In this document: piece after piece, positions 38,492-52,017 of the stretch
How positions within the stretch are numbered: position 1 is the stretch's first letter
Layout: every line of letters begins with the position of its first letter
NCBI GenBank assembly: GCA_000165425.1
Contig: CT868485.1
Location: 310,001 to 374,000 of the forward strand
Origin: Paramecium tetraurelia
Lineage: Eukaryota
DNA: 64,000 bases
Reading direction: 5' to 3'
Notes under the pieces: generated by a model
What the model was told of the DNA's origin: nothing
Database searches by the model: none
Seen by the model: the letters and a program-made list of their open reading frames with translations, nothing else
Made by a program: the position numbers and the translations under genes

Positions 38492-41130
38492 TCACTGTTA
38501 AAGGTATTGTACTAATTTGTTACACCCTTCCTTATCCGACAACTCTTGGATAAAGGACTTGCATTCTTCTAAAGCAAACAATTATTCCAACTTGCTTGAT
38601 CCCTTCTTCAACAAGATTTATTTTGCATAGTAAACCAACTTACCAATCCAAACATACAATTTCATCCTATCTTTTGATTGCAAAGCCAACTCAATAATCT
38701 TTATAAATGGTTCGCATTCGTACACCTGTTATCTCAATTCAAATAAAAAGGGGAACGAATCCGGAGCATACATTAACTATATATTAAAATGGTAGTGTTA
38801 CTTCATCAAAGGGAGCAGAAGTCTTGCTCAAGAAGTACTTGACTGATTCCATATCCTTTTATAAGTTCAAGTAAGGCCAATTTTCTGAGTATTCTTGCTT
38901 CAATTTGACTTTGCCATCCTACCCATCTTCAATTAGATCCTTAATGTATTGAGGTAATTCTTAAATGTGGATGAACAATTGCAATGTCTCCTACAATTAG
39001 AGCTACGTCATCTGATCGTTCAATTTCAAAATTGATATTGCAGAGTATTAGTACAACTATGTCACTATCTCTTATTTCTAAGGGAATTCTGATCCAGTTT
39101 ACATGAGAACATTCATGCAATAATATGGATTTTCTAATAAATCTATTAGTAATATGATCTAGTTTAATCAAAATAAAATACATCTCTAGTGAGGAAATCT
39201 TCATATCTTTCGAAATTAGTAAAATCATTCTTCATTCGAGCACTGATTTCACCTAGCAAAGCTTCAGGTCTACCAAATAACAATGACAATTGGATGGAGA
39301 ACATATAAGAGTCAAATGAAACTGTTTAAGCAGTCAAAATATGAGAATAATACCCATTATAACTCATAATTGACTCTTTTGATACTTTCTCACATTTATC
39401 TAACACAAACTTCAAGAAATGGAAGTTAATAGTTGGAAGATCAAAAATGATACGCAGAATATTAGAAAATATGTTCGATTGTTCATTCTAATCTTAGAAT
39501 GGAATCAAACTGATAATCTTTGTGAAAGAGTCTTTGGATGGTAATTCTGTAACCTAAATGGCTGTCAAATATCCTATCATTTATTAGAGTATTGCATTAA
39601 CATCAAACTACTTCTTCTAAGCCATTCTTTATTGAATTCTCTTATTGTGAGTGACACGCAAGCATTACAGATATTGTTTCATTAACAATGGAATGTCACT
39701 GACTTTGCTTCTAAATATTCTCAAGATGAATTATTTTTGTAAATAGGACAACACTTCAACTGCAAGCATGAAGTCCATATTCTATGCTAGCCAATCCAAC
39801 ATCTAGACATTCTGATTTTCTTTAACATCTATAGTGTCTTTAGTTTCCAAAATCAATAACAATCCTAGAAAGTGGACTACAACTAATGTTTATTGTTTTT
39901 CATTATTTATCATTTAAGCCAGAAATTCTTCATCTCCAAAAAGAGGATAAATCATAACATGAGAAGCGATAAGACTACTTAATATCTTGGCTATAAATTT
40001 AGGGTTATTTTGTGCAATAACTCTTTCAGTATAAAGAAAATATAAATCCAACAAATCTGGTTTGATTAATTCTTATCTTACTTCCTTATAAGCAATAGCT
40101 TATATGAGTAAATGATTAAAAACACTTACATCTGTGGCATAATACATTTCTACTTTACTAATCTGACTATTCAAAAAGAATTAATTTTTTAAGAGAATCT
40201 ATCCCAACTGGACCAAATGATCCTTTGTTGACAAGATCTGATAATCAACTAAAATGGTGATGAATTTCTTCTATAAAGTTGGAGTTATCAATGAGACGTA
40301 ACGTATAAGTGCATCAAAGATGAGACATGTGCAATTTTGATTGGAATTTGCATCTTCTATTTTAGCATTAAAGAAATTATCATCACATTTATGTCCAAAA
40401 CCAATTTAGGGATCATTTAATTACAATTGACCCAAGAGTGCTATTCCAAAGAGATTTGACAACAATGGATATTGTCTTAATATTTATTCTATTTAATCCA
40501 ATAATCCTGCCAAGTAGAAATTCATTTATATTAAAGCATGTTTGTCTTCCAAATCTAAGAGTGTTTCCTCGATTAGTTTTACTAAATTAATAAGCACCAG
40601 GTAAAAGAAATTGATAAACTTCTAGGTGTTCTCTGATAATTGAGGCTATTCTTATTTCAGTAGTCGATGTTTGCTTACAATCATATTGAGACCATTTTAT
40701 ACGGCATCAAGGGAGTTCCTAGAGGGATAAGGGGATATCAATTACTTTCTTAAATATAGCGATGTGTATTCTTAATTGAATAGATGAACCTACTGATTAA
40801 TCCCAGCAAACTATTTGAAATAAGGATGTCGACTAATTTCATCATTTACTCTGTCAATGTCAAAGAAATTACTGGCTACTTCATTTAAGAGATTGATGAA
40901 ATCCTTTCTGTCCTCCAACTTTTAGGATAGCTATTATAATGGATTATGAATAATCTAACATTTTCTTTGGTGCATTCATAAAAATGATTTTCAATGTAGT
41001 TCTTAAGTTTATTTATCTAATCAAACATCTTCTAGTTGAGTGATTTGTTGTTTTCCTTGAAAAATAAATATATGGCTGATGCTGCAAATGTGGCTGCAAG
41101 ACCTCCAAAAAGCTTTACTTTCATATCCAT
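38492..41130 (-). CDS. Large helical-repeat-like hypothetical protein with N-terminal signal anchor
   Basis: MDMKVKLFGGLAATFAASAIYLFFK followed by a long Leu-rich frame with tiny introns, ending at TGA 38492. Confidence 0.7.
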
Positions 41131-41141
41131 AATTTAATTAA

Positions 41142-44082
41142 ATGAAGACACCAATTAATTAAGACCTATTAGACCAATATATTGGGATGGGGTTTTCCAA
41201 AGAATTGATCACCATGGCATGGGAAGAGAGCAACACAGAAGCTGATGTCATCAATACGCTACTCACTTTGTCTGACAAAAACAATGCACTTGCCAATACA
41301 CCAACAGTAATCCATTTTTGAATTTATCCATTAGAAACAAGACGAAGAGATCCTACTAAATTAAGCATTAATAGACTCTTACAAAACTAATCCTTAAGCG
41401 ACTACATCCACCTTTGAAATGGTATCACCCGAATAACGAAAGAGAACAAATGGGGTTCCTTGTGGTCTTAAGAATGTTGGCAATACTTGTTACTTTAATG
41501 GATTACTCTAAACATACTTCTTCAATAGTGATTTTGTTAAAATCATTATCAAATTTCAACCACCTGCTCAAATTGAATAAGGTAAGTAGGGCAAATCCAT
41601 TCAATTGGTGCAAAATCTTCAACAACTATTCTTAAGTATGATAGGAAGTGATAAAAAATACGTGGATCCATCAGATGTAATCAAGAGCATCTGTGATGAC
41701 TTTGGAAATGTTCTTCCTATAGGTGATCAGAAGGATGTTGGAGAATTCAATACCTACTTCCTAAGCAGGATTGGGGAGGGCCTAGCTTATAATGAACATT
41801 AACCTAGCAAAATAGAAGAGCAACCTCATGAAGGTCCTCCTTCTATTTTGAGAATGAAATCATCCACTATTCATGATGAGGATGTTGTCTCCAAATTATT
41901 CTTTTGTAAAGTGCATCATTACTTGTAATTTGATCAAGCTGGTGTCCCTCAAAATAGAGACAACACTGAGCTTTATAACTTCATTCCTATCGATTTACAA
42001 GATGGAAATCTTTATGATGGTTTCGATAATTTCGTTGTTAATTCTATTGAAGATTTCAAAAATGATTTAAGTGAAACTGTTTGTGCAACTAAGTACAATT
42101 GGGTTCAAGGTGCTCCATAGACATTGTCGTTCTAAATTAAAAGAGTTGCTTATAATAAAGAGAAAAGTAATTCATTCATTCATTCTATTTAGATGATCTT
42201 GTAAAACAAAATGATGAATTCTATTTCGAAGAGGAAATCTATTTGGATCGCTTCCTTTATGAAAACAGCAAACGATACCTGGACATTCGAAATTAAAATA
42301 GAGAATTGAAGGCTAAATAAAAAGTAATTAAATAAGAATTATTATAACTCTCAAAATTTGATGATAAATATGATCTACAAGATGTTTTATAAACTGCAGT
42401 CAAATTTTTAACAATACAATCAAAAGAAAATCCTCAAAACCCAGCCAATTTTGGACCCTCTGATCAAAAAAACACTATTGAACAACTCCAAAAATATTCA
42501 TAGCAAGTCTAAAAAAAAAAGGAACACTTACAAAAACAATATAATGACCTTGAAGATAAGATCTAGGCTTCTTACAATAATTTTAAGGGAAACAAATATC
42601 AATTATAATCCGTTTTGATTCATGAGGGAATGGCAAGTAAATAATATTATTAAATAACTTAGATTCTGGACATTATTACACTTACATAAAAGATTTCAGA
42701 TTAAATAAGTGGTTCAAATTCAACGATATTCGTGTTACAGAAGAAACTAGAGAGAAAGTGTTCCAAGATGCCATTGGTGTCAAACCAGGTATCAATGCCT
42801 ACTTACTTATCTACGTGAAAGATGAACTTGTATAAGAAGAAATGAAATTTCCAAAAAGGTTATATTCAACAAGCACAGAGAAGGATTATTTATAAGACAG
42901 TTATGGAGGTTTCCTTAGTCAAAGTCAAAATGAAAGCATTAAAAGAGAAAATCAATTGTTCTAGAATGAAATTGAAGATTACAAATAGGCTAGGATAATT
43001 GAAAGAATTACTGAAGCTTATCAAACTCGGTTTGAATTTGTGAATGAACACTATCGTACATTGGTTAATAAGACTTAAAACATCAAGTTTAAGCCTATTT
43101 TTATTTAAAATTTCCCCATTTACGTTAAAAGCAAAGCATCATAGATATCAAATCAAAATACTTAGCATGATAATTTAATAAAATGGATTATCTTGGATTC
43201 TGCATTACGTGAAGTTTAAGAAAACAAATAAGGAATCTTTGGGGGATAAATCGGCGAAAATGTATTTATTCATTTTTAGATCTTAGTTTTAAAATAAGTT
43301 GATAAATAAATTTTCAGCCCAATTCAATGAATTTAAAAGGCCATCAGCTAAATTGACATAATCTGAATAAAATGATTTGAATAAATTTGAATAGGAATAT
43401 TTGAATTATGTAAACTTAGGATCATGGGCTACAATCATATTAGAACTATTGGAGAAAAAGGATTTTATTCAAGTTTTATAAGTTCTATAATGTTTGACTA
43501 AGAAAGTGAAAACTTTAGAGTAATAGAGTTACTTTTTTAAATTTACTAAGAATCTAAAGATTTTAGTGCCTATCATTATAATAGGTAAGATGATACCAAA
43601 AGAATCTTAAGTTAATCTAAAAGAATTATAGTTATTGTAGGCATATTTAGTGCATAATCACTTCTAATATGATGATCCAAAGTTATGGAAAACTGAGATA
43701 TCAATTATGTTAAATGCTATAATAGAAAATCATAATTAATAGGCTGTAAAAGAAATTATTGATAATTTTGAAGCTGAAAATAAGATAAAGGAAAACATGG
43801 ACTTGTTAGAATTTTTGTCTGAGGTATTCTCATATTTGATTATTTAAGGAAGTTTAAAATTATTAATTAGTGATAAGTTCTTCTTATGAGATCTATTTCT
43901 GGAGCACATATTAAAAGCAAGATCAAATATATGATAAGTTGCTTGAAGGAATGAATAAGTTGAAATAATTATTTGATGTAAGATATCACAATAAATCATA
44001 TTAGCCGTTTATAAAAATTCAATAGGCCTTAAAGGATCCCCAGCCTCTTATGAAGGAAGACTTAGAGAAAATTATAAAATGA
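41142..44082 (+). CDS. Ubiquitin-specific protease (C19), USP25/28-like with UBA-like and UIM-like N-terminus
   Basis: MGFSKELI (UBA-like), DEEILLNQALIDS (UIM-like), Cys box GLKNVGNTCYFN, QKDVGEF, His box IHEG..SGHYY..WFKFND. Confidence 0.9.
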
Positions 44083-44523
44083 TATATTATATAAATTAAG
44101 ATCCTTAACTGATGTAAATGAGAATCCACTATTTAAGTATTCATCAATAATATTTTTATTTTCAAATGAATTATGAAAGGGAATGAATTTTTTCAAATTT
44201 TAATAGTTGCAATCTTATTGTAAATATTCTTAATTCAATATTCTTATTAATCTATATTATTTTTGAATGGTAGATGTTCTATCATTTGAAAAATTTATGT
44301 TTCCTGCATTCCTAAAACGATTGAGAATGCAAAAAGAGACTAATTACATTAATAATTTTTCATATAATAAGATAATTTTAATTTTCTTTGCAATTCAATT
44401 TTCTATTATTTTATAAAATTCTGATAATTAATAATGAAGTTCTAATTTAGGAAGTTTAACTCAATATTAAAACCTGCCATTGCTAATTAAACATTTTCAG
44501 TTTGTAAAAAATATTCAATAAAA

Positions 44524-45261
44524 TCATAATTTCTTTAATGTTCTTTATTATTTTTTATATTGATTAAGCAAATCTCTTAAGTAATCTTTTTAAGGCTAGT
44601 CCATTTTTTCATAAGCATATCTCAAACCCTCACTACTAAAATATTATAGATTTTTCTCTATAAACTAAATTACCTGTTGCAAATCAACCTATGATAGTTC
44701 TCTCAATAGCCAGCCAGTTCCTAATTAATTAAATCTTTCTTAATGAATGATATTTTCTTAGCAAATATCAAATAGCATTTTTAAATCGCATTTATTTTTA
44801 TTGACTAAAAATATAAATCCAACACAACTAGATCTTCTCATCCATAAGTTATTGCATTTTGACCATTCAATCATTAATTTAGCATTTTCCTTGTCCTATA
44901 CAAAAGGCTTCAAAACTCTACTACAATAGATATCTGAGGTTCCCCAATCCTAAATGAAACCTTCTAAGAACCATTGTTCAGTCTGTTTTATCCTTGGAAG
45001 ATCAAACTCAATTTTCTCAGCTACCATCAAACCAAACCTTTTATCCTCTCCGAACTGCTCTCTCATTAAAGAATCAGCCAAATCATATTTTTAATTATCA
45101 TTAAGTGTTGAAATTTCTTTTCTAAATTGCTTATAAACTGATTCAATTTAAGGCTAAAGTAACCCTCTAAATTGCAGCACATTTTGCATATAAGATGTAA
45201 CCTCATGACCAACTTGTGGTTTTGAAATGTTATTCATAGCTGTTTAAATTGCGAGTTTCAT
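44524..45261 (-). CDS. DNA alkylation repair protein, AlkD-like HEAT-repeat glycosylase
   Basis: Intronless 246 codons; DWGTSD, WSKCNNLWMRRSSCV, ERFNQLGTGWLLRELS, EGLRYAYEK. Confidence 0.8.
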
Positions 45262-45894
45262 TATATAATAAATTTGAGAGTTGATAAAATTTTATAAACA
45301 AATTTTTAATTTAATTGTGGTATTTAAAGAGCATCTTGATGTGTAGAATTATCACTTGTTTTAATATTTTCTAATTCATTTACAGAAAATTTAATTATTT
45401 ATTAAATTAATCCATTATATGTATCTACTAGTTGAAAGAGATAATGTCCTATTTTTAGCAAAACTAATAAGTTGTACCACTCAATCATAAGATCATAATA
45501 AGATTGGCAGCAACAAATTTTAAAACTTTTATTTATTTTAAAATATATTATTATATTTATGATTATATCTTTAGGTAAACATTTTCAAATGGTTAATTTT
45601 TTAAAGGTCTACATAGTCAGGTATGTTTGGATAATACTCTCCATCATGTATTCTTTACTTAAAGGGCTATTTTAGTAATAAAAGGATCTTTTGTTCTTGC
45701 TTTTTATATTATATTATGAAGTAGAGTATTTTCTATTAAATGCTAAAATGCACTACTATTTAAGCTTTCAACTCTTGTAGACTCAGATCATGTTTCTATC
45801 TTGTTACGTAGTGAATAATGCATAATCAACCATCTCAGCTCATATGAAAATATCCCCTCCTTTTCAAATTGCTACATAATTTTAATTAAAAATA

Positions 45895-48360
45895 ATGAGT
45901 GCTAGTACTACAAAAAAGAAGTTGAACATAAATTCTCAACCTTTTAATATTGAATAACCTGAAAAGTAACCTCATCATTCTCTTGTACATACATCAAAGC
46001 CTTATCAACCTAAAAATGAAATTCAAGAATATTTCTCATAAAAGAGTTATACTCCTATTGATGAGCTGGCTCCTGACTTCAACTATCATAAGTCCACTTA
46101 GCATTAATAAGAACCTGCTTAAGTCGTCAACTAAAATCAAGGACCCAAAGAAAAAAAAAAACTTAGAAAGACACATTATGAATTTTAAGTCGACCCTAAT
46201 TTAGCAGAGAAGGTACCTTTTTAGACTAACTTACAAGATTGATTAAAAAAGCAAGGAGGAATTGGAATTGCAGAAACTAGAAGAATAAAGAAAAATAGAG
46301 GAGGAGAAATTAAAATTAGAATAAGAAGAGCTTCGAAGATAAGAAGAGTTAATCAAGTTGGAAGAGTTAAGAAAATAAGAAGAAGAGAATTATCAACCAA
46401 GACCATACACAAAAGAGTAGCTTGAATCCATGTTTGCAAACATGAATGATTTTTAATATTTTGAAAGTGACATTAATTGGATCAAAATCAAGGATAGAAA
46501 ACATTTTGATTATAAAGAATTCAAAAGGTACGAACAAAGAAAAGACAGCAAAATCCCAACTCAAAAGAAGGATACCAAAACAGAAATCCAATTGGATAGA
46601 CAACCAGTACAATAGAATGAGCCCCCTTAAAAATTTCCTAAAAGAGCCCAAATCTCTATCTAAGAATAACTCTGGAAGGATAAATTGAAATAAGAAGCTT
46701 ATGCTTGGTCTTAGATTCTTGACACCACTCCTGAATAAAAGAAAGCCATCGAAAAGGATCTCAAATATAGGTTGAATCAATTGGCTCCAGATAATGAAGG
46801 CCAAGTTTCCAAATATATTATTGAAACCATTGAATAAAAGTACGTCTCCTTTAATATTCATTAGTTAAGATTTCATCGACTTTTTGACTGAAAAAATAAT
46901 TGAAAAAGCCCAGATCGAACCTAAGTACAGAGGACTGTATATCAATTTATGTTCCAAATTGGCTACTCTACCCTCTTTGTAATTGAAGGTGCAAGATAAA
47001 AATGGCAAGACCAAACAACAGTCCAAATTCAAAGCCTCTCTTTTGAATAGAGTCTAGAAAATGTTCAACAGTAGAAAGACAATGGATTACGACACCTCTA
47101 AACTGAAACAAGAAGAAAAGATATAGTTCCACATGATTAGAAAGAGGAAGATTATGGGAAGTAAGACAGATAAATTATCTTATAGATGTTAGATTTATTG
47201 GTGGATTATATTTAACTTCATTATTACCTATACAAGCCTTATCCAGTGTATTGTCAGAATTGATGGGAGAATACCTTATTGGTTATGTTCCCAAAGAAGA
47301 TACTGCTGATGAGTCTTTAGAAGGATTGATTGAACTTATAGATCAAAGTAATCTTTGGAATATATAAATTAGTTGGTCAAAGTTTTAATTAAAATGAAAG
47401 GATAGTTGATGAAGCATTTATTAACAAAATTGGGTAGATTCTGAATGGATAGAAAAAGTCACTTGATCAGATTGAAGGCCTATTTAGAGATATAAAAAAA
47501 TAGACAGTTTTAGATTTGATGTAGAAAGTCTTTGAGAAACTTTTGGAGAATTATCATTTTTCTTAAAGAATTAGATTGCTCATTGAAAATTTATTGGATA
47601 AAATTAAAAAAGGCTGGCAAGGATCATATGCTAAAAAGGAAGAACTGGCAGAAAGCGCCTAAAAAAATAATGAACAAGAAGAAGATGATCCTTTGGAACT
47701 GTAATTGAGAGAGGCTAGACAAAACTCTGCAAAGAAGGAGAATTCTTCTAATGAGCTGGATTAGAAAATAAGAGCAAAAGATATAGCCATGTTTGTGAGC
47801 AGCTCATTTTAATTTGACCCAGTTGATTAGATGGATAAATTAAGAGGTTAGTTGAAGTATATCAAACTTGAAGCCCCTGAATTAATGATAGTCTTCTTTG
47901 AAACTTTCTTTTAGAACATGTTAGCTTGTATTTATCTATAACATATTCACTTTAGCAAAATAAGTCAAACAGAATATTGAGAGAGCTCAATTAGTATTCG
48001 ATTTATTAGTTATGGAAGAAGCAGATGAAGAAGTAGTTTCAAAGGCACTTCAATATGTAATTCTTATTTATATATCTTAAGATCTTGGATGAAGATCTAG
48101 TCTATAACATCAGTGAATCTAAAACATCTTGGAAATTAATTACCAATATATTGTCTTACTTTATTCTTGAATAAAATTGGAATGCCTTGAAGAAGCTTTA
48201 TCTAAAGCCCCTTCTTGATATCGAAGAGTTCAATGAATTTTTGATTAGAGTAGGAAATCAACTAATCATCTAAATCCCAGATTAATCAGGTAGAGAGTTG
48301 ATTGTCAAGTATTTTAATATGCTCAAATAAGATCTGAGCACTTAATTAAATTTTGATTGA
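45895..48360 (+). CDS. eIF4G: eIF4G-like MIF4G-domain protein
   Basis: LNQLAPDN, IIEKAQIEPKY..LYINLC, FKASLLNRVQ, RKIMGNVRFIG; N-terminal PAM2-like KLNINSQPF; multiple tiny introns. Confidence 0.82.
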
Positions 48361-48572
48361 AATATGTTTCCTATATATCATTTAAGATTGCAATTAAATT
48401 ATTCGTATGAATTAATTTCTACTCTGATCTCCATCTATGCAAATCTATTTATAAACATTATTCTTTGAATTCAGATTATTAATTTTGTTTTATGGATTGT
48501 TTTTATGATCTCCTTTGAAAAACAAAAAATTAAGCTTATTTTAATCTCAATATTATTATAATTATTTTATAA

Positions 48573-48926
48573 ATGTTTGAGGAACCAATTATGGAATCAA
48601 TGCTTGATCACAGTCAACCTCTCACTCTAGGTTAGAAATTGCAAACTATGAACTTCCCTCTTAAAACCCTTTCAGAAGTAAAAGAGAAATACAAATACTA
48701 AATTGATTATTCCACATTGCAAGAGAGGAAATTTAATCTCAGAAAAACTCGATAGCCTATCATCATATTTTCCTCTGCTGAGATAGACATACCCCTCCCA
48801 AGAAGTGAAGTAAGGGTTAAATCAGTTATATCTCCAGAAATCAATCAAAGTCTCTTATTTGTTTCTGTTTAACCCCATAATAATACTAAAAGCAGAAGTC
48901 TAGGTTTCAGAAAAAAGCGCTAATGA
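48573..48926 (+). CDS. Small hypothetical protein
   Basis: 118-codon code-6 ORF, GC content visibly higher than flanks. Confidence 0.45.
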
Positions 48927-50199
48927 ATTTTATAACTGAAAGGGGGGTATCAACATTCTATTTTGTGATTATACCTCTTATTATAATTAATTATTTAGAA
49001 ATTATAAATAGTCTCCTTTTACTCAAATTGAATAATTTATTCCTAACAAGAGATCAAGTTGAATAGTTATGCCAATTTTCAGCACTCTATACTCCCTTGC
49101 CCAATTTTATACCATATTTAAAAATCTCCCAATCAATTTATTAAACTTTAAACCCATTATTGATATCATATAAATCTCTTAACAAACATCCCAAAGATAC
49201 AAGAAGATTTAAGTAGGTAGACATGTTATCATTTCAAATTTACTAAATTATTTGATTAAATTATGGAATAATTTAAAGGAAGAATTATTGTATTCTTTTT
49301 TTGAAAAAATATAAATATCCATTATAACCATTTTCTAAATTACAAAAACATAATCTAAATACTAGGAAAAAGAATTGTTAAGAAAAAAGTTTTAGGAAAT
49401 TCAAACATCTAATTTATAATTTATAAAAAACGAAAAATAATAAAAAATTTTCTTTCTTAAATTATTTTTAAATAATATACGTCGCATGTTACAGATATAC
49501 CAAGAAAAAATAATAGTTCTCTTTAGTCTATATAATTTTAATTTTCTTATTTTATTATATACTAATTATTCTAAAACTAAAACGATGCAGTTCTTATAAA
49601 CCTTATCAAACAATTAACAGATTGAAAGGTGTTATCATTTTGGTTAAGGATTTATTTAGTATGTCTCATAAAAATTCACAAATATTATTTTTTCAAATTA
49701 ATACCCAAAATAAAGTAGAACGCTGAAAAATAATCATCTATGTGTGATGGGATTTACTAAATATTTATTTTGTTGATTTCTAATTTTGGTATGTCTAATC
49801 ATTTATTGAACTCTTCTAGATTTTAAGTTTTATTCATAATTTTTTAAATTTGTAAAGAGCAAAATTTGATGGCATTGAGAGTTTATTATAACCCATCATC
49901 TCGATAAGTATAGTCATGATCCCTTTCAATATTATATTCTGCAAAATGTTTTATTCATCAAATGCTTTTTTTAGATTGATTTAATCAATGATGACGAGCA
50001 TAAGATTATATCATTGATGATATAATGAATTACTAGTATAATATTAAAGTAATAAAATTTAATTATTACGTATTAGAAAGAAAAAATTATTAAGAAGATA
50101 TTTTGCTTTGAATTGACTCACTTAGTGTGAATTTGAATTAAAGAAATCAGACATTGAAATTTAGAATTAATTGAAAAAAATAATATATATATTTATCAA

Positions 50200-51979
50200 A
50201 TGAACAAAGAGGAGGAGCCCATTCAAGAGCCATTAATTTAGGAAAGTAGTTAATAAAACAAAGGAAAAGGTCAGAGAGGAATGTCTTAAATGTCTGCATT
50301 GACTGAAGAAACAAAGAATGAGACTCATATTTATGAAATTCCAGATCTGACTAATGTTACCCAAAATGTTCTTTGTAGGTTAATAGCTGTTTCAGTAGTT
50401 TGTGTTGTATTTTTGATTGCAGAAGTATGTATTTTGACCTAAATTTTAAGGTTATAGGAGGGCTATGGGCATAATCACTAGCCATATTATCCGACGCAGC
50501 ACATATGTTTTCTGACATGAGTGGGTTTTTCATATCAATATTTTCAATTTGGCTTGCTTAGCGACCTGCTTCTTAGAAAATGTCATTTGGATATCATAGA
50601 GCGGAAGTAATTGGGGCATTGGCAAGTATAGTATTGATTTGGGGACTGACGATTTTGTTATTTTATGAAGCAACCGAGAGAATGGTAAATCAGACTTTGG
50701 TAACTGATCCACTGATAATGTTGATAACAGCAGGATTTGGATTATTTTGTAATTTAGTAATGGCAAAAGTATTGCATTCTTCACCAACAGGGGGACATGA
50801 TCATGGAAATATTATGCATTAATGTAGTGGACATCATCATGGACATGGACACGATCACAATCACGGACACGATCATAATCATGATCACAATACTCATAAT
50901 GAAGAAAGTAAAAAGTAGATAAAGAAGAAATTTCAAGTTAAATAAAAACGATCTATGGTCAGTGAGAATGGAGTAAGTTTGTTAATCGTTGAATAATGTA
51001 TTGAATCTGAATCTAGTTCTAATAAGAGCAAGAGCAATAAAACAATTGAAGAGGCCAGTAGGGAAAGTAAGTAATCGAGTAATGGTAAATAAAATTACTC
51101 ATAAGAATAAGTTACTTAATAATCAAATTAAAAAGAAATTGCAGATCAAAATAACTCCGAAAGTTGTGATCACGATCACTCCAAATAAATAGGTTCTGAT
51201 GAATTCATAAGCTAAAATAACATATCAAAAAAAAAAATAGAAAATAAAAATTAGTCAGACTAGAGTCATAGTTGTTCTCATGATCACACTCATAGTGATT
51301 CTCACGAACACGATCATGATCACGACCATCATGACCACGATCATGATCACCATGATCACGATGAAAGAGATGAGCAGACCAAGAGGAGAAAAAATAAAGT
51401 GAAAAATCATAATCTATCAGAAATCAATGAACATGATAATTATAATTTGAAAGCAGCTATGATTCATGTCATAGGAGATATCTTACAATCAATAGGAGTT
51501 TTAATTGCTGCTATATTAATTTATATATTTGGCCAAAAAAAGGATGAAAACAATGAAATTGTATTCACTTATTGGTAATATGCTGATCCTCTATGCACAT
51601 ATTTGTTTAGTATTCTGGTTCTCTTTACAACATTCGGAGTTGCAAAAGAATGCGTACGAGTGTTAATGGAGGGTACTCCAACAAGTAATAATCAATTATC
51701 ATACATATGTTAGACTTAATCATCGAGGAGTTTCGAGATAGACTAAATGCAATTCACAGAGTAAGGGAAGTTCATGATCTTCATATTTGGTCTTTGTCTG
51801 TAGGAAAGCCAGCTATGTCTGCCCACATAGTTTGTCTAGAGAACCCTGAATATGTATTAAAGAAGGCAACAAAATTATGCAGAAAATTTGGGATCTATCA
51901 TTCGACCATACAGATTGAACTCTTAGATAGATAGGGAGCAATTGATTACATTAAATGTAATCATAACTTGCATAAATGA
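50200..51979 (+). CDS. Cation diffusion facilitator, ZnT/SLC30 zinc transporter
   Basis: SLAILSDAAHMFSD, SFGYHRAEVIGA, NLKAAMIHVIGD, ADPLCT, LMEGTP, VHDLHIWSL, HSTIQIE; two introns; long His-rich loop. Confidence 0.95.
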
Positions 51980-52017
51980 TTATTTTTATATTAACACTCC
52001 AAATAGAATTACAAAAA

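Noticed and set aside
46367..46861. 164-aa minus-strand ORF, the longest in the track
   Set aside because: Antisense to the K/E-rich eIF4G coding region; no independent motifs.
49984..50018. 9-bp inverted repeat (atcaatgat/atcattgat) containing a C-box-like ATGATGA
   Set aside because: AT-rich short stem expected by chance; no suitably placed D box or guide recognised.
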